Shown: piece after piece, positions 36,301 through 49,515 of the stretch
How the letters are laid out: each line of letters starts with the position of its first letter
Position numbering within the stretch: the first letter of the stretch is position 1
Source: Chiloscyllium plagiosum
Taxonomy: Eukaryota
Direction of reading: 5' to 3'
Length of the DNA stretch: 64,000 nucleotides
Assembly (NCBI RefSeq): GCF_004010195.1
Contig: NC_057718.1
Location: 71,085,790 to 71,149,789, forward strand
Made by a program: the position numbers and the translations under genes
Notes under the pieces: model-generated
What the model saw: only the letters and a program-made list of their open reading frames with translations
What the model was told of the DNA's origin: nothing
Databases searched by the model: none

Positions 36301-37356
36301 TCAAAGGTAGAAGACAGAGGGTGGTGGTGGTGGCGGGTTGTTTTTCAGACTGGAGGCCTGTGACCAGTGGAGTGCCACAAGGATTGGTGTTGGGTCCACT
36401 ACTTTTCATCATTTATATAAATGATTTAGATGTGAGCATAAGAAGTACAGTTATTAAGTTTGCCAATGACACCAAAACTGGAGGTGTAGCGGACAGCGAA
36501 GAAGTTTATCTCAGATTACAATGGCTGAGGAGTGGCAGATGGAATTTAATTCAGATAAATGTTAAATGCTGCATTTTGAGAAAGCAAATCTTAGCAGGAC
36601 TTATACACTTAATGGTAAAGTCGTGGGGAGTGTTGCTGAACAAAGAGACCTTGGTGCGCAGGTTCATAGCTCCTTGAAAGTGGAGTGGCAAGTAGATAGG
36701 ATAGTGAAGAAGGCATTTGGTATGCTTTCCTTTATTGGTCAGAATACTGAGTACAAGAGTTGGGAGGTCACGTTGCAGCTGTATAGGACATTGGTTCGGC
36801 CACTTTTGGAATATTGCATGCAGTTCGGGTCTCCTTCCTATCAGAAAGATGTTGTGAAACTTGAAAGGGTTCAGAAAAGATTTACAAGGATGTTACCAGG
36901 TTTGGAGGATTTGATCTATCGGGAGAGGTTGAATAGGCTAGGATTGTTTTCCCTGGAGCATCGGATGCTGAGGGGTGACCTTAAAGAGGTTTATAAAATC
37001 ATGAGGGGCATGGACAGGATAAACAGTTAAAGTCTTTTCCCTGGGGTCGGTAAGTCCAGCACTAGAGTGCATAGGTATAGGGTGAGAGGGGAAAGATATA
37101 AAAGAGACCTAAGGGGCAACTTTTTCACGCAGAGGGTGATACGAGTATGGAATGAGCTGCTAGAGGAAGTGGTGGAGGCTAGTACAATTGCAACATTTAG
37201 AAGGCTTCTAGATGGGTATATGAATAGGAAGTGTTTGGAGGGTTATGGGCCGGATGCTGGCAACTGGGACTAGATCGGGTTGGGATATCTAGTCGGCATG
37301 GATGAATTGGACCGAAGGGTCTGTTTCCGTGCTGCACATCTCCATGACTCTATGAT
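33360..37356 (+). mobile_element. Long CR1 LINE (end of ORF1 plus ORF2), rearranged
   Basis: [41 protein letters not shown] and a tgactctatgatt tail. Confidence 0.92.
35820..36082 (+). mobile_element. RTE-like LINE endonuclease remnant inside the CR1
   Basis: NAYAQT and DKLISLGAYDARVG resemble the SAYAPT..DKLILLGDFNARVG motifs. Confidence 0.55.
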
Positions 37357-38129
37357 TCCACACAGACCGTCACCCAAGGGTAGAATTGAACCCAGGTCCC
37401 TGTCGCTGTGAGGCAGCAGTGATAACCACTGTATGTAACGTCCCCTAATGTAGTTTATGAATGTATATTAAATAAGGAAAATCAAATGTAGATTATTTCT
37501 CAGCAAGTCTGAAATTATATCCCTTATGTTGTAGATCTTCTGTGATCACACATAATATTTACTGCTGGTGCATGATTATTGGCTACTTACTTTGAACATT
37601 AAGAAAGCTGCAATTGTTTTAAGTCACCAAGAGCACTTATTGAGAGCATTGATTTTTCAGCAGCACAAATGAATACAAGTCCTTTAGTTATTGCTGTAGC
37701 TCTGGAGTCACATCAGCCAGAGCAGGTGAGAATGGCAGATTTCCTTCCCTGAAGGGCATTACTTTTACATTTCTCTGAAATGTACCCACCCATCTAATCT
37801 TCCATGTCTCTGACTGTTTATGGGCCTGTGGTACATTGTGAGATTATGTACTCTGGTCCTTGGCTCTGCCTTGAAGGAAGACAGAGAAATCCATTCAGGA
37901 TTTACCATCAAGCCCCTTAAGGATTCTGTTTGTTTCAATTGGCTCACCTCTCATTTTTTTAAATTCCAAAGAGTAGAGTCCCAGCAGTTTAACCTTTGCT
38001 CCTAAGACAAGATCAGTTAGAGGTCGAGGTACATGTTGGTACCAAAGATATGGGCAAAGTGAGGAATGAGATCTTACATGAAGAATTAAGGTAGCAAGGC
38101 AGTAGATTAAAAAGCAGGATCTAATAGTT

Positions 38130-38900
38130 GTTCATACACATAAATGATATAGATAAAAATGTTGGGGAAATGTTAAGGAAATTCACAGATGACACCAAGA
38201 TTGGCTTTGAATAGTTTGCAAAGAAGATGATTGTAGGTTACAAGAAGATATAGATGGGTTGGTTTAATGGACAGATCAGTGACAGATGGTGTTTAACCCT
38301 GATAAGTGCAAGACGATGCACTAGAAGAAATAAAATGAGGGAGTATTAGTGAATGAACAGTGTGCTCTTGGGGTAATTATTCACAGATCCCATATGGGAC
38401 ACGTGCTTTCAACAGTGATGGCATACAGTACAAGAGGGGATACAGGAAGTTTACCAGGATGCTGACTCAGGTGGAAGAACTGTCCTGTAAGGAGAGACTA
38501 GATATGCTTGGATTAATTTCTTTTAGAGCAGAGAACACTGAGGGGGGATATGATTGAGGTGTATAAGATTTTGAGGGGTATGGACAGAGTGAATAGTTGC
38601 AGCTGCTCCCTTTGGTTGAGGGGTCAATCACAAGACAGCATAGTTTTAAGCTAAGTGGCAGGAGATTCAGACGGGATTTGGGAAAAACATTTTCACTCAG
38701 CTGGTAATGGAAATCTGGAAGGCACTGCCTGGGAAGGGAATGAAGACTACAAACCTTTGAAAAATATTTGGATGAGCCCTTCAAATATTCAAGGATACGG
38801 GACAAGTGCAGGAAATTGGAACGAGTGCAATTTTAGAGGTAGTTATGTTGGTGTAGACTCGATGGGCCAAAGGACTTATAAGCACTGTATGAAACTATGA
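38130..38900 (+). mobile_element. Decayed CR1 3' fragment
   Basis: KFTDDTK, RKFTRML and CR1 3' UTR. Confidence 0.75.
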
Positions 38901-38931
38901 ATCAAGCTTCAGGAAAACAAAGTGTACTTAC

Positions 38932-39054
38932 AGTGAAATTTACATTCTTGATCGAAAACAAAGGATCCTCTAGATCATAGAAGGTGATGGTAATCATGTA
39001 TTCGGTATAGTTCAGATAACCGAGGTGTAGTACAATTATTTCATCACATAGCCC
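38932..39054 (-). CDS. TMEM181: TMEM181 internal coding exon (123 bp)
   Basis: Acceptor ttttacttcag, donor gtaagt. Encodes GLCDEIIVLHLGYLNYTEYMITITFYDLEDPLFSIKNVNFT (human KCAEIIVAHLGYLNYTQY...MNFT). Confidence 0.95.
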
Positions 39055-39362
39055 CTGAAGTAAAATGGAAAAAGTTCACATTAGTTAATTTCCAACAATG
39101 AACTGAGACACTTTGGCAATTGTGTAACTCATTGTTTAGAGTAGCCGAATCATGCAAGCAAATGGTCTAAGTATTTCAAGTTTGGGTAGACACACATCTT
39201 TTACTTTGGTGAACTCAAAAGTTAATATTAAAAGGATCCCATATAAATATTTAAAACTCTACAGCATTGAAGCTGTATCGTCTGGTTAGTAGATAGCACT
39301 GTGATAAAACTAAAGCAATGTATATCCAGAAATCTGAAGTTTGAACAAGTGCTGAAATTACT

Positions 39363-39879
39363 GATTTGGAGATGCTGGTGTTGGACTGGGGTGTACAAAG
39401 TTAAAAATCACACAACACCAGGTTACATCACTTGAGAACGTAATTTTTAAAAAAATGGTTTTGCAATTCACATAAGAAAGAAATGAAATCAACGTTAAAA
39501 ATCACACAACACCGGGTCATAGTCCAACAGGTGGTTGGTGAAGGAGCAGGGTTCCGAAAGCTAGTGCTTCCAATTAAACCTGTTGACGAAAACCTGGTGT
39601 GGTGTTATTTTTAACTTTGTACACCCTAGTCCAACACTGACATCTCCAAATCATGGAAACCAATGTTGTCATTTTAACAGATGAGAGACTGAACAAACAA
39701 GCCAGGTCTTTTTCAATATATAATTTCAGTTACATCACACTGTAAACTTTTGCTATAAATCCTGTGTCTTACAATCTTATACTTCACAAACACCCGATGA
39801 AGGAGCAGTGCTCTGAAATCTAGTGCTTCCAATTAAACCTGCTGGACTATAACCTGGTGTTGTGTGATTTTTAACTTTG
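39363..39879. mobile_element. Second hammerhead-bearing PLE-type family, compound inverted/direct copies
   Basis: tttggagatg..caaagttaaaaatcacacaacaccagg and its reverse complement recur. Motifs (c)gatgaaggagcag.g.tc.gaaa.ctag at ~39538 and ~39795. Confidence 0.65.
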
Positions 39880-40885
39880 AAAATATTGAGGTTAGTTGGT
39901 ATCTGTGGAGTGAAAAACAATGTCAAAGTTTCAGGTTGATGACCTCTCTTAAGAACTGGAAATTGCCTGAGAAACAACACGTTTGAAACAAGTACAGAAA
40001 GGTTGGCAACAGGAGGAATCGTCATGGAGTCATTACAATACAGGCAGAGATATTCAGCCAATTCAGACCATACCAATTCACTGTAGAGCTCATCACATAC
40101 TTCTATTCATCACATTCTATTCTTGTAACCCTGCAAGTTTATTTCTTTCAAGTATCCACCCAACTTCCTGTTGAAATTATTCATTGCCTCAGTTTCCACT
40201 ATCTTGGTAAGCAATGAGTTTTCTGGTCATCACTCACTGCTTAACAAATTTCTTTATCATATTCCACTTGCACTTCTTGCCCAAATCTTACAATAAACAA
40301 CAGGTGCAGGAGTAGACCATTCTGCCCTTCGAGTCAGCACCACCATTCATTATGATCACAGCTGATCATCCTCAATCAGTATCCTGTTCCTGCCTTATCC
40401 CCATAACCCTTGATTCTACTATCCTTAAGAGCTCTATCCAACTCTTTCTTGAAAGTATCCAGAGACTTGGCCTCCACAGCCTTCTAGGGCAGAGCATTCC
40501 ATATACCCACCACTCTCTGGGTGAAGAAGTTTAATCTGTTCTTCCTAATCATTGCAATCAGTGACTAAATGGAACAGCTCTTTAGTCTATCTTCTCAACA
40601 CCCTGTCATAATTTTGTAGACATCTGCAAAATTCATTTTGTTTCAACCAATCAATTGTAATAATTCCAAATTTTCTGATGACACAAAACTAGGTGGGAGT
40701 ACAGCAGTGAGGAGGATGTGAAGCAGCTTAAAGGTGATCGAGACAAATAAAATGAATGGAGAAATGTATACCAGATGCAAAGTAACATGGATAAGTGTGA
40801 AGTTGTCCGTTTCAGTAAGAAATTCAAAACCGTATTATTTAAATGTTGATGGATTGAGAAATGCTATTGTACAAAGGGATTTAAA

Positions 40886-42459
40886 TAGAACATAGAACAT
40901 AGAACAATACAGCACAGAACAGACCCTTCGGCCCACGATGTGTGCTGAACATTTGTCCTAGCTTAAGCACCCATCCATGTACCTATGCAATTGCCACTTA
41001 AAAGTCACCAAAGATTCTGACTCTACCACTCCCACAGGCAGCGCATTCCATGCCCCCACCACTCTCTGGGTAAAGAACCCACCCCTGACATCTCCCCTAT
41101 ACCTTCCACCCTTCACCTTAAATTTATGTCCCCTTGTAACACTCTGTTGCACCCGAAGAAAAAGTTTCTGACTGTCGACTCAATCTATTCCTCTGATCAT
41201 CTCATAAACCTCTATCAAGTCACCCCTCATCCTTCGCCGTTCCAACGAGAAAAAGTCTAGCACTCTCAACCTATCCTCGTACGACCTATTCTCCATTCCA
41301 GGCAACATCCTGGTAAATCTTCTCTGCACCCTCTCCAAAGCTTCCACATCTTTCCTAAAGTGAGGCGACCAGAACTGCACACAGTACTCCAACTGTGGCC
41401 TAACCAAAGTCCTGTACAGCTGCAACATCACTTCACGACTCTTGAATTCAATCTCTCTGCTAATGAACGATAATACTCCATAGGCCTTCTTACAAACTCT
41501 ATCCATCTGAGTGGCAACCTTCAAAGATCTATGTACATAGACCCCAAGATCCCTCTGTTCCTCCACCTGACTAAGAGCCCTACCATTAACCCTGTATTCC
41601 GCATTCTTATTTGTTCTTCCAAAATGGACAACCTCACACTTGGCAGGGTTGAACTCCATCTGCCACTCCTCAGCCCAGCTCTGCATCATATCTAAGTCCC
41701 TCTGCAGCCGACAACAGCCCTCCTCACTGTCCACAACTCCACCTCTCTTCGTATCATCTGCAAATTTACTGACCCACCCTTCGACTCCCTCATCTAAGTC
41801 ATTAATAAAAATTACAAACAGCAGAGGACCCAGAACTGATCCCTGCGGAACTCGACTTGTAACTGGGCTCCAGGCTGAATATTTACCATCTACCACCACT
41901 CTCTGCCTTCGACCGGTTAGCCAGTTTTCTATCCAATTGGCCAAATTTCCCTCTATCCCCTGCCTCCTGACTTTCCGCATAAGCCTACCATGGGGAACTT
42001 TATCAAATGCCTTACTAAAATCCATGTATACTACATCCACTGCTCTACCCTCATCCACATGCTTGGTCACCTCCTCAAAGAATTCAATCAGACTTGTAAG
42101 GCAAGACCTACCCTTCACAAATCCGTGCTGGCTGTCCCTAACAAAGCAGTGTTTTTCCAGATACTCATAAATCCTATCCCTCAGTACCCTTTCCATTACT
42201 TTGCCTACCACCGAAGTAAGACTAACTGGCCTGTAATTCCCGGGGTTATCTCTATTCCCTTTTTTGAACAGGGGCACAACATTCGCCACTCTCCAGTCCC
42301 CTGGTACCACCCCTGTTGACAGTGAAGACGAAAAGATCATTGCCAACGGTACTGCAATTTCCTCTCTTGCTTCCCAAATAATCCAAGGATATATCCCGTC
42401 AGGCCGGGGGGACTTATCTATCCTCAAGTTGTTCAAAATGTCCAACACATCTTCCTTCC
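40886..42459 (-). mobile_element. Young 5'-truncated CR1 LINE, RT domain open except one in-frame stop
   Basis: 434-aa ORF 41180-42484 continues in frame to 40958. (TTCTATG)n tail; ttaaa at 40881-40885 and 42460-42464. Inserted in an older plus-strand CR1. Confidence 0.97.
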
Positions 42460-42924
42460 TTAAAGATCCATGCACATCAGTCATTGGAAGCAGGAATGCA
42501 AGTATGCCAAGCAGTTAGGAAGGCAATTGGTATGCTAGCTTTCATTGCAAGAGCTTTTGAATACAGGAACAAAGAAGTCTTAGTAAAGTAAACAGGGCCT
42601 TGATGAAACCACATCTAGAGTACTGCATGCGGCTTTGGTCACCTTATCCAAGGAAAGATATTTTTTCCAGAGACAGTTTTATTTCCAAGAGTTTCAGCAT
42701 GTTTCAATCTTCCTCTCAGTTACAGTATCATCCTCATGAATCTTTCTTACACCCTCAGTCCACGAGATCAAAAACTGGTCATACTACTCCAAGATTCTAT
42801 GCAAACTTGACACAACTTCTTTACTTTTCTATCCTAACCCTTGTGAACAGCGTGTCTTTTTAAAATGGTAGTCTGAAATGAGAAAGAACTCATTTCAGGA
42901 CACAAGCAGTCTTTAGCAAATTGA

Positions 42925-44734
42925 ATAAAGGAGAACCATAAAGCTTTCTATAGGTATGCGAGGAATAAAAGGATGATTAGGGTAGGAATAGGGCAGAAGT
43001 CTGTCAAAGACAGAAGTGGGAAATTGGGTGTGGACCCTGTAGAGATCGGAGAGGTGCTAAATGAACATTACTCATCGGTGTTCACTAAGGAAAAGGAGAA
43101 TATTGTGGAGGAGAAGAATGAGGTACGAGATATTAGACTAGAAAGGATCGAGGTTAGTTACGCACAGGTGTTATCAATTCTAGAAGGAGTGAAAGTAGAC
43201 AAGTCCCCGGGGCCGGATGGGATTTATCCGAGAATTCTCTGGGAAGCTAGGGAGGATATAGCAGAGCCGTTGGCTTTAATATTTGAGTCGTCATTGTCTC
43301 CAAGTTTTGGCCCTGAGGACTGGAGGATTGCAAATGTGCCATTGTTCAAGAAGGGCAGCAGAGGTGACTCAGGTAATTATAGACCAGTGAGCCTTACTTC
43401 TGTTGCAGGAAAGGTTTTGGAAAGGATTATGAGAGATAAGATTTATAATCATCTAGCAAGCAACAATTTGATTTCATATAGTCAACATGGTTGCGTCAAG
43501 GGCAGGTTGTGTCTCACAAACCTCATTGAATGTTTTGAGAAGGTGACCAAGCATGTAGACGAGGGTAGGGCAGTTGACGTGGTATACATGGACTTCAGTA
43601 AAGCCTTTGTTAGGCTGAAGGAGAAAATGCAGAGGCATGGAATTGAGGGTGATTTCGCAGTTTGGATTAGAAACTGGCTTTCTGGAAGAAGGCAGCGAGT
43701 GGTGGTTAATGCAAAATATTCAGTCTGGAGTCCAGTTACTAGTGGTGTGCCACAAGGATCTGGTTAGGACCACTGCTGTTTATCATTTTTATAAATGACT
43801 TAGATGCAGGCATAGGTGGATGGATTAGTAAATTTGCAGATGACACTAAAGTCGGTGGAGTATTGGACAATTTGAAAGAATGTTACAGGTTGCAGGGGGA
43901 CTTGGATAAACTGCAGAACTGGGCTGAGAGGTGGCAAATGCAGTTCAATGCAGCTAAATGTAAGGTAATGCATTTTGGGAAGAATAATAGGATGGCAGAG
44001 CACTGGATCAATGGAAAGATTCTTGTTAGTGTGGATGTGCAGAGGGATCTTGGAATCCACGTGCATAGATCCCAGAAAGTTGCCACCCAGGTGGATAGTG
44101 CTGTGAAGAAGGCATATAGTGTGTTAAATTTCATTGGTTGAGGGATTGAGTTCCAGAATCGCAATATCATGCTGCAACTATACAAAACACTGGTGCGGCC
44201 ACACTTAGAATATTGTGTACAGTTCTGGTCACCCCATTACAGGATGGATGTGGAAGCACTGGAAAGGGTGCAGAGGAGATTTACCAGGATGTTGCCTGGT
44301 ATGGAGGGGAGGTCTTATGAGGAAAGGCTGAGAGACTTGTGTCTGTTCTCATTGGAAAGAAGAAGGCTAAGGGTGGATTTGATAGAGACATACAAGATGA
44401 TCAGAGGATTAGATAGGGTAGACAGTGAAATACTTTTTCCGAGGATGATGACGTCAGCTTGTACAAGAGGGCATAACTACAAATTGAGGGGTGATAGATT
44501 TAAGACAGATGTAAGAGGAAGTTCTTTACGCAGAGAGTCTTAAGGGCGTGGAATGCCCTACCTGCTAATGTAGTCAACTCAGCCACATTAGGGAGATTTG
44601 AACAATCCTTAGATAAGCACATGGATGATTTTGGGATAGTGTAGACGGACAAGCTGAGAACAGTTCACAGGTCGGCGCAACATCAAGGGCCGAAGGACCT
44701 GTTCTGCCCTGTATTGTTCTATGCTCTATGTTCT
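42925..44734 (+). mobile_element. 5'-truncated CR1 LINE
   Basis: ORFs 42973-43767, 43863-44141 and 44169-44543; ttctatgctctatgttcta tail. Confidence 0.95.
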
Positions 44735-44996
44735 AACTGCTCAGTGATTTGCAACAATTGTTGCATTATTTCAAATGCAAGTAACTTGAATCAGATAAAA
44801 TGGCAACATTTAAAAATCATCTTGACAGATACATGAAACACAGAGAGGGATATGTTAACACAGAGGCAAAAAGGTTTTTAGTTTAGAAAATTGTCATGTG
44901 TTGGTGCAGAGTCAGTGGGCCAAACAACCTACTTCTGTGCAATATTGTTCTTTGTTCTCAAGACAAGCATTGCTTAAACAGTTGTTTGAAAAAGTA

Positions 44997-45310
44997 GAAT
45001 CATAAAGTCCCTCCAGTGCAGATAGAGGTTATTTCACCAATAAGTCTGCATCAAACGTTCAAACAGCATCCATCCTATCCTAGTAGCTCTGGCATGCTAG
45101 AGCTAGTCTGCACACCCCTAGTCATTATGGGGCAATTCAACATGGCTAATTCACCAAACCTACACATATTTTAATTGCAGGAGGAAACCAAAGCACCTGA
45201 CGGAAATCCATACAGATTCAGGGAGAATGTGCAAATGAGATGACTACGCAAGGCTGGAACGGAACCCAGGACCCTGGCACTGTGAGGCAGCAGTGCTAGC
45301 CACTGAACCA
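44997..45310 (-). mobile_element. HE1-type SINE
   Basis: SINE core and ctgtgaggcagcagtgcta.ccactg head. Confidence 0.75.
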
Positions 45311-45795
45311 AATCATCCCCCTGTACTAATTGGAGTTTAGGTTATAGGTAGACTGGAGCTGACAGAATACATCCAAATGGAGCTTTGGTTGGCAACAGGA
45401 ATTTGGTCTGTCGATTAGTGACCAGTTATTGATGACAAAGGCATTTTGCCTGCCAACAACTGTGTAATTGGTTCTCAGGCAACTGAACAACTCAGCTATG
45501 AACAAAATGGAGAAGTGATAAAATCACCCTGAACTTAGGAGCTTTTTCTGTTCTCTGCAATCCAAACCCACTTTAACCCTGAAGAAAACCTATTCATCTT
45601 TCTTTCAGCAGCTGCTGTAAGCCGTGACTTCTAACCAATGTCTCTTTTATAAAAAATAATGTAGCCACCCTGTACCTCTTGCAAGCAGTGGACGCATTCA
45701 GAAAAGGATTGACAAGAACCAACTCAACAAATCTCGTCAACAAAAATAATGGAATTGCGATTCTAGCTTCCCGTGCTTCCCCTTTCTGCAGAGGC

Positions 45796-46103
45796 TGGCA
45801 CAGTAGCTTACTGGCAAACACTGGTGCCTTATAGCACCAGGGACCCAGGCTCAATTCCAGCCCTGGATGACCTTCCATGTGGAGTTTTCACACTCTACTC
45901 TTCTCTGCCTGGATTTCTCCCAGGTGCTCTGATTTCCTTTTACAGTCCAAAAATGTGGGGGTTAGGTGGATTGGCCATGCCCTACAGTGTTCAGGGGTGT
46001 GCAGTCTAGGTGGATTAGCTATGATCAAAGTGGAATGCTACTCAGACAATCAGTGCAGACTCCATAGACCAAATGGCCTCTTTTTAAACTATGGGGATTC
46101 TAT
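45796..46103 (+). mobile_element. HE1-type SINE
   Basis: tggcacagt head, caattccagcc B-box region and ctatggggattctatg tail. Confidence 0.75.
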
Positions 46104-46324
46104 GTGCACATGTAAGGAGAGGTTTATGTGATGATTAGTCTTAATTTGTAATGTTATATGCCAATTGCTTTTCACTGCTTACCTTTAGCTAGAGTTTAAA
46201 AATTATCCCTTGCTTTCAATCAATCTGGGTCTGAAAATCAGATAAATTGTGGAATTTTATGTTTCAACATTCTTAACTTTTGTGACAACTTCAGGCATAG
46301 CGAGGCTCAATTTCAAGCACATAA

Positions 46325-48075
46325 AAACAGGATTAAGGAGAATATATAAACTTCATATATAAAAAACAAGAGGGTAGCCAAGGAAAGGGTTGGCCCATTC
46401 AAGGACAAAGGAGAGAATCTATGTGGGGAGCCAGAAAAGGTAGGTTAGATCCTAAACACATGCTTCATGTCAGTATTCACCACAAGAAAGGAATTGGAGA
46501 ATGATGATCTCAGGGAAGGGTGTGTGGAATTTCTAAGCCAAGCTGCTATTAAAATGGACAAGGTGTTGTGTGTCTTAAAAAATATTAAGGTAGGTAAGTC
46601 TCCAGGTCCTGGTAGGCCCAAAATATTCAGGGAGGCAAGAGAACAAATTGCTGTAGCATTGACAGACATCTTTGTATTCTATCTGGTCAAAGATGAGGTC
46701 CCAGAAGACTGGAGAATAGCCAATACCGTCCCATTATTTGAGAAAGATAGCAGGGATACTCTGGGAAATTACAGAGCTGTCAGCCTCACATCAGTTGTGG
46801 AGAAATTATTAGAAAAGATTCTCAGGGATAAGATTTACATGCATTTATAAACAACTGGACTTATTAGCAACAGACTGCATGGTTTTATGCAGGGAGGTTA
46901 AGCCTCAACAATCTGATTGAGTTTTCTGAGGAGGTGATGAAGATAATTGATGAGGGAAAAGCGGCTCATGTTTCTGCATGGACTTTAGTAAAGTCTTTGA
47001 CAAGGTCCCTCATGGCAGACTGATACAAAAGGTGGAGTCACATGGTATCAGGGTGAGCTGGCAACGTGGAAACAGAACTGGCTTAGATATAGGAAACAGA
47101 GGGCAGCAGTGGACGGACGCTTTTCAGAATGGAGGGCTGTGACTAGTTCCACAGGGATCAGTGCTGGGACCTCTACTGTTCCTGGTCTACATAAATGATT
47201 CGGAGAAAAACGTAGCTGGTTAAATCGGTAAGTTTGCAGGTGATACAAAGATTGGAAGAGTTGCAGATAGTAAGCACTATTGTCAGAAGATACAGCAGGA
47301 TATGGATCTGTTGGCAGCATGGGAAGAAAAATGTTGAAACATACACAAAATACAAATGTGAGGTCATACATTTTGGAAGATCAAGTGAAAGTTATACAGT
47401 GAATGGCAGAACCCTTTGGAATATTGACATGCAGACAGATCTGAGTGTGCAGGTCCATAGATTACTGAAGGTGGCAGTGCAGATAAATAAGTAGTGAAAC
47501 AGGCATATGACATGCTTGCCTTCATTGGAAGGGGCATTAAGTATGTGGCTAGGCAAGTTATGCTGCAGCTTTATAAAACTTTAGTTAGGCCACACTTGGA
47601 ATATTGCATCCAGTTCTGGTAACCACACTACCAGAAGGATGTGAATGCTTTGGAGAGGGTACAGAAAAGGTTTACCAGGATTTTGCCTGATACAGGGGAT
47701 TTTACCTACGAAGAAAGGTTGGATAGACTAGGTTCTTTTTCACTGGAACACAGGAGGTTGAGAGGTGAACTGATAGAAGTTTAAAAGATTGCAAATGGCA
47801 TGGATAAAGTCAAAAGTATGAGGCTTTTTACCAGAGTGGAGGGGTCAATTACTAGGGGACACAGGTTCAAGAGGACACATTTAAAAGAGATATGCGAGGT
47901 AAGTTCTCACACAAAGGATGATGAGTGCCTGGAATGCACTGCCGGAGAAGGTGATAGAAGCAGATACGATAGCATACAGGATATGAACCATGTAAATGAA
48001 GATAGTTTTAGTATATAAGGGCAAAATGTGTCAGTGCAGGCTTGGAGGGCCAAAGAACCTGTTCCTGTGCTTTGT
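46325..48075 (+). mobile_element. Decayed CR1 LINE ORF2
   Basis: KSPGPG, VPEDWRIAN, NYRAVSLTS and 3' region. Confidence 0.9.
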
Positions 48076-48212
48076 ACCCCAGCAAGTCCTGGCACCCTTC
48101 AGAAATGAATGCCAGGTCATTTTTATCTGAGACATTACAGCACAGTTTAACTGCGCTTAGTTTATATTTATTAATCCAGAGTTCCATACTTAGAGCTGTT
48201 TAAAATAAAATC

Positions 48213-48304
48213 GTGATTTGGAGCACCTGATGGAGGAGCGTCACTCCGAAAGCTAATGTGCTTCCAATTCAACCTGTTGGACTATAACCTGGTGTTGTGA
48301 GATT
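48213..48304 (+). mobile_element. Short insertion of the second hammerhead-bearing family
   Basis: 14-bp TSD tttaaaataaaatc (48199-48212 and 48305-48318); ctgatggaggagcgtcactccgaaagcta. Confidence 0.8.
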
Positions 48305-49298
48305 TTTAAAATAAAATCATTCATGACAAGGAAAGCATTTATTATTCATCCCTTCTAGTGTTGTCACTCTTATGGCTCTTTGACATATGCAAGTCTGTTC
48401 TTTTGTCAATTCAATTAATTGAATTATGAATCGTTGTGGGTTTGGAGTTTATTTAAGGTCAGACAGAATAAGGAAAGGAAAGAACAAAAAATTGCTGGAT
48501 ATCACAGGGCAGGCAGCATCTATGAAGAGAAAGCAAGCTAAACTTGACCCTTCATCAGAGCCATCCAAGCAGATTTGCTTTCCTAAAAGATATTAGACAA
48601 CTTTATTGAACCATTTTTGGATTAGCTTTGTAAAACTGCATTCAAATCAGTCTTTGTCTTTCTATATAAGTTTAAACCACCTCCACTTCACTGTCAACTC
48701 TCAAAATTAGGATTGTTTTCCAAGTTCCTACTGTCACAGTCTACCATGATTATGCTGCCGTTGAGTGTACAGATCCTGTCTTTTGAATTTTTGTGCTTTT
48801 TAAACCATGGACTGAAAGGAGAAAGACTATTTTAAAACCAACGTTTTGAATAGATGGTTGCATGGTTTTAAAAGCAAGTAACCAGACACCCATGGAAAGC
48901 ATGGAAATAGCTATTTGAGCAAGCAGTGACTCAAGTGATTGCAGATGAATGGGTGCAATGGGGTTCTGCACATATGCTGCTGGGTGGCAACAAGTAGTTG
49001 ATTTGTCTACGGACAAATGATCATTTGTCAATTAAAAAGATGTTTTGCTGGCCAACCCAGCCATGGGATATCCAAGGAAATAACTAGGGAGAAGGTAGAA
49101 CCACTCAAGGATAAGAGGGAACTTATGGTTGGAGGATATGGGCAAGGTCCGAAACGAGTACTTTATCAATATTCACCCAAAAGAAGGATATGGAGGATAG
49201 TGAGATTTGTGTGGAGTATGTTAATATGCTACAGCATTTTGAGATCAAGAAAGAAGTGGGTCTCTTGAAGAGCATTAAGTCTCCATGGTCCCAATGGT

Positions 49299-49515
49299 GA
49301 GCTGAAAATGTGTTGCTGTAAAAGCGCAGCAGGTCAGGCAGCATCCAAGGAACAGGAGAATCAACGTTTCGGGCATAAGCCCTTCTTCAGGAATGGGCTT
49401 ATGCCCGAAACGTAGATTCTCCTGTTCCCTGGATACTGCCTGACCTGCTGCGCTTTTCCAGCAACACATTTTCAGCTCTGATCTCCAGCATCTGCAGACC
49501 TCACTTTCTCCTCAG
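49299..49515 (+). mobile_element. Fold-back Penelope-like mini-insertion 3
   Basis: Inverted arms; 12-bp TSD ggtcccaatggt (49287-49298 and 49516-49527). Hammerhead core on the minus strand at 49363-49390. Confidence 0.9.

Larger units (their letters stand above)
33097..37432 (-). mobile_element. HE1-type SINE split into 33097-33359 and 37357-37432 by a CR1 insertion
   Basis: atgcaaact | ccacacagac are contiguous in intact copies. Confidence 0.8.

Noticed and set aside
41640..42319. Plus-strand ORFs of 176 and 109 aa
   Set aside because: Antisense shadows of the CR1 RT frame.
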